From NCBI GenBank assembly GCA_023515795.1, contig JALGPX010000107.1:1-41307 (forward strand): a DNA stretch of 41,307 nucleotides. Direction: 5' to 3'. Position numbers and translations under genes: made by a program. Below are positions 1 to 10,467 of the stretch, in pieces. Numbering within the stretch: position 1 is the stretch's first letter; each line of letters starts with the position of its first letter. This stretch comes from Amoeboaphelidium occidentale. Its lineage: Eukaryota. Below the pieces are notes generated by a model. That model was not told the DNA's origin and did not search any database. It saw only the letters and a list, made by a program, of their open reading frames with translations.

Positions 1-127
1 AAACAAAGTCGGTGCTCTGATTCAGTGAAACAGATCGTGTTACAGAATTCTGACAGAATAGCAACAAGAGATACAAGAAAGCTTTTGCGTTTATTACTTA
101 CTCCATCAAGCCAGAACCTCTAAAGAC

Positions 128-906
128 TTACAAATCCTCATCTTCCTCAGGCAATGGTTGAGCAGCAGCCAATTCCAACTCCTTCTTGTACTGATCCATC
201 AACTGTGGGTCAATTGTGACTTCAGGAGGCGCCAATGCAGGAGATGCGACAAATTCCAAGTTTGGGTTTCTATAAAGGTTATAATTGAAAACAAAAATAA
301 ACGCGCTTACCCAGTGAGCTTTCTAGCCAACCACAAGAAAGGCTTCTCAAAGTTGTAATTGCTCTTTGCAGAAATATCGTAGTACTGCAAGTTCTTCTTC
401 CTGTGGAATGTAATGTTCTTAGCCTTGACTTTTCTTTCTTTGATATCGACCTTGTTACCGCAAAGCACGATTGGAATGTTCTCGCACACACGAACCAAAT
501 CACGATGCCAGTTAGGAACATTCTTATAAGTGATACGGGAGGTGACGTCAAACATGATTATCGCAGACTTTCCGTTAATGTAGTAACCATCACGCAAACC
601 GCCAAACTTTTCCTGTCCAGCCGTGTCCCAAGTGTCGAAACGAATTGGGCCAAAATTTGTGTGGAACAACAACGGATGTACTTCAACACCCAAAGTGGCT
701 ACAGAAATTAATTTTGGCTCCGACGCTGACTCGCAGCTTACCGACGTATTTCTTTTCGAATTCACCAGTCAAGTGACGTTTAACAAAAGTTGTCTTTCCA
801 GTACCACCGTCTCCCACTAGAACGAGCTAAGACGATGAGTCACTCTTTGCTTTAATAAATAAATTACTTTAAATGTTGGAATGTTGTCAGGTTGAGCAGC
901 TGCCAT
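128..906 (-). CDS. GSP1: GTP-binding nuclear protein Ran (4 exons: 906-868, 826-742, 698-311, 269-128)
   Basis: The spliced translation reads [50 protein letters not shown]...[17 protein letters not shown]...NKVD...[20 protein letters not shown], ending in an acidic tail [12 protein letters not shown] introns at 827-867, 699-741 and 270-310 restore the frame. Confidence 0.98.
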
Positions 907-1055
907 TTGTTTAGTTGTTTCCTGTTGAGTTAGAAAAAACAAAGCGGGAGTGATTTCGAGATCGGCGTTCATTTCGGTTGAGGGTTCAATCGCTTTTGAT
1001 ATTGAAAAACAGAATAGTTTCATTTAAATTCTATTGATAATTATCCTTTGCTACA

Positions 1056-3338
1056 TTAAGCTGAATTGCTCAACTTATCTAGCTTTTGTTTGCGCTTTTC
1101 ATGGAACTTGCTTTCGATTTTCTGTCTTCTTCTTTCCTCTTCCAGAACGAAAACTTCGCATTCTTTCTTGGCTTTAGGAATGTCAATGAGCCAGTACATC
1201 ATGCATAACGGCAATATGAGTGTGAATAGAACGTAGCCAAATCCAGCTCTCAAGTTGCCATTGGGACCTGCCAGAGCACCAACGACTAAAGGGCCTATCC
1301 AAGATGTTCCACGATCAGATATTTCGTACAGAGCAAAGAATTCGGATTCTTTACCTTTTGGAACAACATCTGTAAACAAAACACGCGAGAAAGAAAGAAT
1401 AGGTGCAAACAAAGAGCCAAACAGAACAACAGCAACGTACATTTCTAACGATGAAGACAATCCGAAACCCAAAGTTATTTGAGGACCCAGCTGGACTTTT
1501 CCTGTAACATTAATGTATCCCAACAGACCGTATGTAGGCAATAAGCAACCTATGCACAACAAAACCATCAAAGTTCTTTTCGTAGTCCATTGAAGTCTAC
1601 GCGAAAGCCATAACCAAAAGTAAACACCAAATAATGCACCAATAGGAGTAATAGCTACGGCGATGGCAATTTGAGTATCTGTCATCTGTGCATTTGATCT
1701 TGCAAACAAAATTGCTATTTGGCCAATAGTGCTTAATGCATCCGAGAAGATAAAGTATGCAACAAGATACAGGAAAGTGTTTGGGAGTCTCTTGAAATGC
1801 TTAACAGCATAGAATGTCTTTTTCCATGAGAACCAAATAAAGTTCTTTGCGCTTTTGGGGAGAGGAGGTCCAGGCCTTGGATGTAGATTTTTCCATGTGT
1901 AAATTGAGAATACAAACCACCAGATTCCTGAGACTGCAATACATATTTGTAGGGCATACGTGTCATTATTTCTAGAAAGAATAATACCAAACGAAATTAA
2001 CAAGAGAAAAAGATTAGCTAAATAAGCCGCCGCAAGGCCGTGTGTAGACAGAGTGTTACTGAGATGATTTTCAACTCTGGTTTTTTGCTTCAAACGCTCT
2101 CTGCTTGACGAACGAGCCTTTGATTTGCGCTTTATAAGGCCGTAGGATTCATTCAAGAGATTCTCTTCGGCCACTTTAGGAGTAACTTCAATAGGAGTTT
2201 CTTGCAGAGGAATTGGCTCACTTGGCGGATCATGCTCAACTTCCAATAAGTCTTGCAGTGTTGGTCTTTCTTCCTGTATAACATCCTTGATCTCCTTCAT
2301 TTCTTCCTCAATAGCATTTTCCACTTTATCTTCAGCTAAATTCGATTTTAAACCCGAAAGAGCTTTATCAAGAGGATTCTTAACCTTTTTAACTAAAGAT
2401 TTGAATTTCTGGCTAAGACCAAGAAGAGAAAATTCGAGATAATTAATAGATTTCAAATCGATATTTTCTTCTAAATTCAAAACAGCCGGGTGATTACGCA
2501 CAAGAACTCCCAAGTAAGCATTGTAAAAAACAGTCGTGGCCCCGTAGAAAACATTTGCTAGAATCGTGTAAATTGCTGCGAGCCAAAACAGATCTGGGCT
2601 GATAACAGTCAAAAACAACACAGCGGTAATAATCGATAACAAAGAGAAGATAAATAACAAGTTTTTTCTCCAATTGCCAAAATCTGCCAAAACGCCAAGA
2701 GAAATGAACGTTAAAGCTTGAAGAATAACAGAAATCGCGGTAACATACAAAACAAACGAAACGGTGGAAATCCAAACAGTCCCAAGTCTGACCTCACACG
2801 GCGATGAGTCCGCACTTGAAGCTGCAGCCTGACTAGTTGAGATTTTTGAATCTTGATCAAGACCAACTGCAACGCCAGGCTCCGACTGACATGGTGTATT
2901 CTCAGTACCAGGAACCCTACCAACTGCTCTGGCCATTCCGTCAAGCACCAAAGGAATAAACACTTGCATAGCAACTGAAGGGAAAACTCCGGATGCAAAA
3001 TCGTAAATAATCCATGCCAAGAATTCCCTCTTCTGTGTTGGAGGTTGTGGTGGCGCTCGCGCAATCAAATGCTCCTCTTCAAACTCGGACAAAACAATAT
3101 CCTCGTCATCCGGGGCAAAATTGTTTGCCGTGCATGCACTAGGCTGCCCTTCTAAATCTTCTGGGTAGTCGACATGTTCTGTATCATTCTCCAGAGGATG
3201 TTCAATCTCATCGGTGCTCGCTAGAGGTGATGTTGTCTGATAAGTTCCGCTAATTAGGAACGAACTCGCAGTCTTGTAGCTCGCGTTAACCGGTTCATCT
3301 TCCATCCTACCAGTAGGATCTTCATTATCTGATGACAT
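1056..3338 (-). CDS. ATG22: Atg22-family vacuolar amino-acid efflux MFS transporter
   Basis: Single-exon 760 aa ORF with ~12 hydrophobic segments. Atg22-type motifs: REFLAWIIYDFAS, SFVLYVTAISVILQALTFISLG.LADFG, FYNAYL..LVRNHP, PRPGPPLP, VPKGKESEFFALYEISDRGTSWIGP. Confidence 0.9.
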   Translation of the reverse strand: MSSDNEDPTGRMEDEPVNASYKTASSFLISGTYQTTSPLASTDEIEHPLENDTEHVDYPEDLEGQPSACTANNFAPDDEDIVLSEFEEEHLIARAPPQPPTQKREFLAWIIYDFASGVFPSVAMQVFIPLVLDGMARAVGRVPGTENTPCQSEPGVAVGLDQDSKISTSQAAASSADSSPCEVRLGTVWISTVSFVLYVTAISVILQALTFISLGVLADFGNWRKNLLFIFSLLSIITAVLFLTVISPDLFWLAAIYTILANVFYGATTVFYNAYLGVLVRNHPAVLNLEENIDLKSINYLEFSLLGLSQKFKSLVKKVKNPLDKALSGLKSNLAEDKVENAIEEEMKEIKDVIQEERPTLQDLLEVEHDPPSEPIPLQETPIEVTPKVAEENLLNESYGLIKRKSKARSSSRERLKQKTRVENHLSNTLSTHGLAAAYLANLFLLLISFGIILSRNNDTYALQICIAVSGIWWFVFSIYTWKNLHPRPGPPLPKSAKNFIWFSWKKTFYAVKHFKRLPNTFLYLVAYFIFSDALSTIGQIAILFARSNAQMTDTQIAIAVAITPIGALFGVYFWLWLSRRLQWTTKRTLMVLLCIGCLLPTYGLLGYINVTGKVQLGPQITLGFGLSSSLEMYVAVVLFGSLFAPILSFSRVLFTDVVPKGKESEFFALYEISDRGTSWIGPLVVGALAGPNGNLRAGFGYVLFTLILPLCMMYWLIDIPKAKKECEVFVLEEERRRQKIESKFHEKRKQKLDKLSNSA

Positions 3339-3474
3339 TTTGAGGTCAATTTTCAGTCAGAGTGAAAACTGAACAGAAAGCTTGAAGTGAACCAGCCAAT
3401 CAAAGGAATGTTTAGAGAGTATGAGGTTTTGACTGTAACTTCTGTTTCAACTAGTGACTCACGCTCCAGTCTTG

Positions 3475-4149
3475 ATGAATTCAAATATCTTGAACGATAA
3501 GTCTGATGGCCTAGAGGATCCATCGGGCTTGAGAGATAATGTGGATGACATAGCTCCGAAAGATAGTGTGTCAAACGCAAATTCTTACTCGAGCTCAGAA
3601 TTGCGTAAAGTTCGCGATAGCCTTATTCAGCTGCTTCAATATTCAGGAATGGCTGCTAAAACTGTTATCAAGGTCGAGACCCCTAGTAGAAAGCGCGGTG
3701 TCTTCAATGTTTCGTCGATACCGACATTGGACAGCCTGCTTGAGCTGTTATCAAACGCTCCTACTCTTGGCTTAAACGCCCCTGCAAAGAAATTATTTTG
3801 GAAGAGTGGTGGTAGGCTTTGGCCGGTTCACGATATCAGCCTTCTTGTTCATGATAGCCTTTACATCGTGTATTCGGAATTAGATGTTATTCCCGTCCTT
3901 AGTCCTCAAGCCTCAGTTCCAACCAGTCCTGAAACAAAATCATTTGCATGTATGGATGATTTTTACAAGGAATTGCAGAAAGCCGAAGAGTTAGATAAAG
4001 AAGAAATTGATATTATCCAAGATATCTTCGACAGAAATAGGATGAAGGTCAAGTATTTACCAAATATAACAGATGACATGTTGATTGAGTGTGGAATGGA
4101 AGAAGGAGGTTTACGTGAAGCAGTCTTATTATTCCTAGGCAAACTTTGA
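3475..4149 (+). CDS. Hypothetical protein with a putative ubiquitin-like (KHA/DCX-like) domain and a C-terminal SAM-like domain
   Basis: First ATG at 3475. The C-terminus MDDFYKEL...IFDRNRMKVKYLPNITDDMLIECGMEEGGLREAVL fits the SAM helical pattern. The middle segment TLDSLLELL...KKLF...VHDISLLVHDSLYIV resembles beta-grasp domains. Confidence 0.6.
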   Translation: MNSNILNDKSDGLEDPSGLRDNVDDIAPKDSVSNANSYSSSELRKVRDSLIQLLQYSGMAAKTVIKVETPSRKRGVFNVSSIPTLDSLLELLSNAPTLGLNAPAKKLFWKSGGRLWPVHDISLLVHDSLYIVYSELDVIPVLSPQASVPTSPETKSFACMDDFYKELQKAEELDKEEIDIIQDIFDRNRMKVKYLPNITDDMLIECGMEEGGLREAVLLFLGKL

Positions 4150-4178
4150 ATAGAAGCAAAACCTTTATTAGCGTAATA

Positions 4179-6396
4179 TTAACCTTTCAAAGCGTTCATC
4201 ACGCGGTCATAAGCATTCTTGTAACTTATCGCATCGCCACCTAAACGCTTTGTTTTCACTGCAAGCATTGGGAGCAACCAAACCTTAACAATCTCAATCT
4301 CAAAAATTACATCCCCGCTAGCTGGAGTACTGAACTTGCAATTATAAACCCACTTTCCTCTCTTTTCAGTTGACAGTCCATTTTCTCCAAATTCCTGTTT
4401 AGAGAAGATAAACGAATTCTGTAAAACGCTTTCCAATTGTTTCATCAACGCAACAGGATCCTTGTGAGCAACAGACTGTAATTGCGTTGAATAGCGAACA
4501 GTACGAATTTCATCTCCGTAACTTTCATGTCTACCAAAACCTAAAACTTCACTTAAACTCATTCTTCTTGAGTGTCCATTCGCAGTGCTATGTACATCGG
4601 TTATTGTCGGGCTACGACTGTGAGGAGCGGAAGGCTTTGAGAATGTTGCCTCTTCTCCTTCTGCGATCTGTTCCATACTTGGAGCGATCGATCTTCGCCT
4701 ATTGCCAAGGTTTGCGTGATTCTGTGTTGGTGCAAGCATGTTATTTTGATCTGGTGTTTGCAAGTGGTTTGAACCAGGTTTATGTCCACTTGATTTTGCG
4801 CTTGCATCAGTAAATGCTCTTGCTGGAACAGGAGCCGGCTTTAATTGAACATTAACCGGAGCTGCCACAACAGGGACTGGAGTTGCAACAGAATGCCTTC
4901 TTCCATGAGCCGCACCAGAATCATTTTGTTCGTTAGCCAGTTGAGAAACAGGCTCTGCAGAGGTTGGAGCAGCCTTTGAGCGGTACGCAGTCTTATAAAA
5001 TACAGAGTTTGGATCAACTGATGCTGATCTCTGTCTTTGGTCCGATTGCTGTGATGAAGGAGGAATTTTTCCAGAAGTAGCATTATCTCTGGATCCAAAT
5101 GGATTCATTTTTGATAAAGTACTAGCCAAAGACCCACGCCTACTTCCGTGTACTTTTGCAGAAGTTGTGGCAGAATTGTAACCTTCGTCGTAACTTGGAG
5201 AGACAGCTTCAATCTTTGGAACTGCAACAGACGGAGTTTCAGCATATGCTTCAACTGGTTTGTTAAGGCTATCGTCGCTTTTCTTGTTTTCAGAAGCTTC
5301 GATTTTACGGAATTGATACACAGTGAATCCATCTTGTTGTTGTACATTTGAAACCATCTTGTCGATTTCACTGTCAAGATCTGTTCCAGGAGCTCTACTC
5401 GAAGCTAAAACTTTAGGTAGAATTCTTGGAGGAGGTGAGTTTTCTCCGATATTAAGCCAAGTGTCCATCCTAAGGTCATCCATGGTAACTCTTTTTGTTG
5501 GATCCTTTACTAATAGCTTTGTCAAAAGGTTGCGTAATTCCGTTGAGAAATGTGGCGGACAAGTATATTTGACTCCTTTGATCTGAGCGTATAATTCAGA
5601 TATTGAGTCGCATTTGAATGGAGGCTTTCCTGATATCATAATAAACAGCACAATACCAAGAGACCTTTAAATTAGAAACGACATCTTCGTCAATTAACGT
5701 ACCATATATCAGCTGAAGGACCAATGTACTTAATACCGCTAACAAGCTCTGGTGCCGCCTAACAAAGTAAATCACAAACACGACTAGTGTACATATAATG
5801 GAGTCCCACAGAAGGTGTTTAAGAACTGGTCCGCCGAGAATATCGTTCTTCCTAACCCAAAATCTGAGAGCATCAAATTTTTATCTCCGGACAAAAGCAT
5901 ATTCTCTAATTTCAAATCCCTGTGAATAACACCAGCTAAGTGACAATGATCAATAGCCGCGACAAGTTGTCTGAAGAATTTGCGACCTTCTTTCTCGGAA
6001 AGACTGCCCTTTGCCGCAATGTAATCGATCAGTTCTCCGCCACTAGCATAATCCATGATAATGTAAAGTTCGCTCTCGGCATCAATAACTTCGTGCAGTT
6101 TGATCACGTTCGGATGGTCAAGTCTCATCAACAACTTGACTTCTTTTGAAAGAGTACTCAACACAGAAGATCCACTATTTTCAACCTTCTTTTCTTTCTC
6201 GCCGTTCTTTTCCTTGTCTTCCTCCTTCTTGATGATCTTGATCGCAACCTACATGATCAGACCTTTTGTGACCAACTCTAACCTTCTCATTAGTTAATTT
6301 ATGGGTTGCGACCTTGACTTTAGAGAATGCACCTTCTCCTATGGTCCTTCCTATTCGATACTCCCCCAATAGCTTTCTTTTTGCCAGCACGCTCAT
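4179..6396 (-). CDS. Kin1/MARK (Par-1)-family CAMKL Ser/Thr kinase with C-terminal KA1 domain (4 exons)
   Basis: Kinase motifs GEGAFSKVK, VAIK, HRDLKLEN, DFG, TFCGTPLY-AAPE, ADIW-SLG. KA1-type end FEIEIVKVWLLPMLAVKTKRLGGDAISYKNAYDRVM. Introns at 6249-6282, 5759-5792 and 5665-5702 join the ORF fragments in frame. Confidence 0.92.
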
Positions 6397-6971
6397 CAAT
6401 ATCACTAAAACAGCTGTTTTCAGTCAAACGTTGATTCTTGCTGGTCTATTTATATCTCCGAACTTGATTCTGCCAATCTTTGGAGATCATGAAATTGAAC
6501 AAGGCTTTTCAATGCTGCATTAATTCCGTTGCGTTTAGCCAGTTTAAGTAATGATCAAGATATTGATTGTAAACCGACGAGGAACGGTGAAAATCGTGAG
6601 CGTTAATTATGATATTAAAGAAGTCGCATAAAAAACGCTTGGTTTGCATTGATATATGCAAATTCAAAAACGAGGGCTTCGGTACCACACTAAAATTACC
6701 TCTGTATTCGCTAAAATCCAGTGCTTGAAACAAAATTAGATTCAAAGATGGCGTCGTAAAGTTCCAGGTTGTCTTTGCTGGCAAAAAGTCTTTAGCCTTT
6801 AACAGAGTCATGCCAGAAAGACCTTTACTAAGATCTTAATTAAAGCCTTGAAACCAAAGTTAAATTCCTTTTTTACCTTTCGTAGCGAAACTGTTTGATC
6901 GCGCTTTTGGAGCTGTTTCAACGCAAAATCTATAAATAGTTTCCTTCAATTTTTCGTAATAACGTTATAAA

Positions 6972-9900
6972 ATGGCTTCAGACGCTCCTGATAGTGCTCG
7001 AAACTCTGTAGCCGATAATTCTAAGCTTACTGATGGACATTCTGTGGCGTCCAAAGATTTCTCTATTCTGACTGCTGCTGAGCTGGAAGCGTTAAGCCCA
7101 ACCATATCGACCAGTCCACGACACTCTGTTCTTACTACTGCTGGTCTCGAGGATCCCTCAGAGTCAACCGCATCGGAGATATTACGCCCTGTTTCAAGTG
7201 TACAGCCTGAAACTCTATCACCGGCAGAGTACGAGAAGAAGCGAATGAGACGATTTCTGGTTATACAAGAGTTGTATGAGACTGAGAAAGGATACGTTAA
7301 TGATTTGAACAATTTTGTTCGTAACTTTCTTGATCCATTGAACAGCGCATATCTTGCTGGTGTCGCCGTGTCGGTTCAATACAAGCCTGAAACAACTAAT
7401 GCAGCTGAAATTGTGCAGAATACAACATTTGGCAATGAACAAAGAGGCGTTTGGATTACTTTTGATCAGAAGCAAAGTATTGTAAGAAACGCGAGCAACT
7501 TGCTTAGAGTACAAAAATTGTTCTTAAAGCTCATGGAAGAAGCTGTGAAGAGCACCACATCCGGTGCCACAGCGACCGAAGAACAGATTGCAGCTTCTGG
7601 TGGATTATCTCCTGATCCAAGCGTGCTACAAGTCGCCAGATGTTTCCTGACTATGATGTCCAAGTTAGAAGGCGTATACCTACCGTTTTGCTCTCAACAT
7701 GATACAGCTTTAGAGACTTTAGCCACGATAAAGAAGTCACACCCTTATCAATTGCAGACATTTGTAGACGAATGTCGCGGAAAGATGAACACCAAGTTAG
7801 AAATTCAAGATTTTCTCATTAAGCCAGTGCAAAGAATCTGTAAGTATCCTTTATTGATGAAAGAAATACTGAAAGGAACTATTCCTAATACTCCTGATTA
7901 CTTTGAGATGACAGAGGCTTTCGATAAAATTCGTGTACTTGTCTCAGCTATCAATGAAAAGAAGAAAGTTGCAGAAAATGAAAGAAAGAAGGACGTGATA
8001 CTTTCACGCCTTAATTCCGGCAACTCTAACGGAATACAGCTTTTGGGGGCTGCCTTTAATTTCGCATTTGATGAAGACACAAAGACTATTCCTGTAAATC
8101 AAACAGGACAGGATCTAATCAACCAAATAGGACAGCTTCAAAAGGGTGGAGGGCTCAATGTCAATGATTTGGGCACACATGATTTCCCATTTTCTGCGCA
8201 ACTTAATCCACAAAATGAGATCAATTATCTTGGCGTTTTTATGTTTCCAGAAATTATCTTGGTACTTTGGCCAAAAAAGTCTTCACTTTACCACACAATT
8301 CATGTTATTCCGTTCAAAGATATCGTGAACGTTCAAGAGCTGACATTTGATGCTGTACTAGAGAATCAATTATTCAAGAGCAGCTTCAGAATATCCTGGT
8401 CTGTAAAGTATGGAAAGTTCGTGGCATATCGTAGCATTGACCTGGGAGCTAAATCAGACAAGGAAAAGTACTCATGGCTAGATCAAATCTCCAAATTTCT
8501 GCCAGCTGATAAAATCCAGTTTCATTCTGCGAGTTCAGAAGCTGCAGAATCGGAAAATGTTAAGACTATTGGCGCTAATCAGAGCAGAGCCAGTCTGCCG
8601 TTGAAAAGAGCAGGCGAAAGTGGAGTGCTACCGTCTGGTAAAGAAGAAAGTCCTACCCCGACTTCAGCCGAAGATGCTGCAATAGTTGGCCAACAAATGC
8701 AAGTTGACCTCAAATTTTCAGAGGTTTACACAACTGAAAGTTTGGTAATGAATTCTCAACAAGGCTCAAAAGGTTCAAAAGGCCAGACTCATAGCAGTGG
8801 ATTATCTTCGTCAAGTAATGTGCCTAATTCTAGCGGTACTTTGAAAGGGCTTTTCAGGAAAAGCAGCCAAAACAGAGGTCCATCGCCTTCATTGAACGTT
8901 CCCGTCACGATGGAAAATAATACGGAGAAGCAAGATGACAAGAGCGGTGTAACTAGACGGCCATCGCAGAAAAAATCAAGGCCGCTCTCTATGTTTGGCA
9001 CAAGCTCAACTTCTAAAGAAGATTCTGAAGATTACTCGAAGAGAGCATTATTCAGTGGAAATGATCTACCATCTTTGAATAATGTTTCTGGTGACAATAA
9101 CGGAGCCCCAGAACCGTCTCCGATAGCAAATGTTCAAAGTGCAAAGAAAAGTATAACAGATATGGCCAACGCAGTCAAGAAACTTGTAAGAGCAAGATCA
9201 TCTTCAGTTTCCAACTTGAAAGCAGCAGATACGAGCTCTCAGCAGAATGTTTCTGACTTACAGTCAAGCAAACACAAATCTGGCTCACGTTCTAGCGTCG
9301 CACAAGACAACGGAGAGGAAGGAGATAAAAAATGGGGCTCAGGAATCAAAGGCAAGATTATGGCTGTTGGTAAATTTGCCAGACGAAAAAGTATTTCTTC
9401 CACAAACATTGCCGATATGAGTTCAACTTCCCAATTAAAATCATCTCCTTCCACAGACACGGTTAATCAAGGAAAAGACGTCAAGGGATCGAATGTAAGT
9501 TTAGCTCAAACAGAAGCGGGAGACAAAAAGAAGTCTGGTTTCTTTTCTTCTCTCACAAGATCTATGTCCAAAAGGAAACAGAAAGACTCTTTATCGAATA
9601 ATGTTCCAGCGGACGCGAAATCCAGTCAGATGGAATTGTCAAAGAAATCGAAAGATCATAACAGTCAAGACAGTGGAATAGCAGGAAGTGGAGCTGCGAC
9701 AGCATTAAGTTCTTCTGCAAAAACAGGTACAGCTTTATTATCGACAAACAGCAAAGAGTCTTTAACTCAATCAGTTGATCAAAGTGATCATAAATCACAG
9801 GAATCGCTTGGTTCTTCACAGCCTGGTGGCTCAAGAAACAACTCAATACAACGTTCAAATAATCAGCTTTATCATGTTAGCCATTCTTCTACGGCAGATT

Positions 9901-10352
9901 CCATGGAGAGCAACTCAAAAACTCCACAGCCTCCATCAACTCCAAACACAATGGTACCAGCTCCACCTTCACGCAACGGTAGTGCTTCTTCTGCTGGTGC
10001 TAGCTTATCAAGAAGATCAGGCGTTAGAGTTCGCACAAGTAGACTATCCGAAGATTACGGAAAGGATGGACCGTTAACAAGGCCTGGAACAGGAGGCGAT
10101 GCAAGCTCCGCTGTTTCACCAATGAGCCCTCAAGCGCCAAACGATGCCAATTATATTTATACCCCAACACCACCCCCTGGGGATAATACTACTCCTACTC
10201 CGCCCAAAGGCGCCTCAGCTGTAAGGTCTGCAGCTGCAATAAGGTTGAAACGCGCAAGTAGACCAGCAAGTACAACTGCTACTTCGACAAATGGAACGGA
10301 TTCAACACCGACATCGGAAACAGCAACCTCTGTTTCAGGAGAACATGAATAA
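6972..10352 (+). CDS. Dbl-family Rho guanine nucleotide exchange factor (DH + PH) with a long Ser-rich disordered C-terminus
   Basis: DH hallmarks RFLVIQELYETEKGYVNDL and LEIQDFLIKPVQRICKYPLLMKEILK. A PH-like region follows, ending AKSDKEKYSWLDQI. Single exon, 1126 aa. Confidence 0.92.
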   Translation: MASDAPDSARNSVADNSKLTDGHSVASKDFSILTAAELEALSPTISTSPRHSVLTTAGLEDPSESTASEILRPVSSVQPETLSPAEYEKKRMRRFLVIQELYETEKGYVNDLNNFVRNFLDPLNSAYLAGVAVSVQYKPETTNAAEIVQNTTFGNEQRGVWITFDQKQSIVRNASNLLRVQKLFLKLMEEAVKSTTSGATATEEQIAASGGLSPDPSVLQVARCFLTMMSKLEGVYLPFCSQHDTALETLATIKKSHPYQLQTFVDECRGKMNTKLEIQDFLIKPVQRICKYPLLMKEILKGTIPNTPDYFEMTEAFDKIRVLVSAINEKKKVAENERKKDVILSRLNSGNSNGIQLLGAAFNFAFDEDTKTIPVNQTGQDLINQIGQLQKGGGLNVNDLGTHDFPFSAQLNPQNEINYLGVFMFPEIILVLWPKKSSLYHTIHVIPFKDIVNVQELTFDAVLENQLFKSSFRISWSVKYGKFVAYRSIDLGAKSDKEKYSWLDQISKFLPADKIQFHSASSEAAESENVKTIGANQSRASLPLKRAGESGVLPSGKEESPTPTSAEDAAIVGQQMQVDLKFSEVYTTESLVMNSQQGSKGSKGQTHSSGLSSSSNVPNSSGTLKGLFRKSSQNRGPSPSLNVPVTMENNTEKQDDKSGVTRRPSQKKSRPLSMFGTSSTSKEDSEDYSKRALFSGNDLPSLNNVSGDNNGAPEPSPIANVQSAKKSITDMANAVKKLVRARSSSVSNLKAADTSSQQNVSDLQSSKHKSGSRSSVAQDNGEEGDKKWGSGIKGKIMAVGKFARRKSISSTNIADMSSTSQLKSSPSTDTVNQGKDVKGSNVSLAQTEAGDKKKSGFFSSLTRSMSKRKQKDSLSNNVPADAKSSQMELSKKSKDHNSQDSGIAGSGAATALSSSAKTGTALLSTNSKESLTQSVDQSDHKSQESLGSSQPGGSRNNSIQRSNNQLYHVSHSSTADSMESNSKTPQPPSTPNTMVPAPPSRNGSASSAGASLSRRSGVRVRTSRLSEDYGKDGPLTRPGTGGDASSAVSPMSPQAPNDANYIYTPTPPPGDNTTPTPPKGASAVRSAAAIRLKRASRPASTTATSTNGTDSTPTSETATSVSGEHE

Positions 10353-10467
10353 ATTGGTCTTGTTATTTAAAAGTAGTTCGTGTGTCTATTATTTGGAGTT
10401 TAGTTTAGTCAAAGTTGCCCGCAATACGCGCGCATATTTTGGCATCCAACTGTCAAACTCGAGCATC

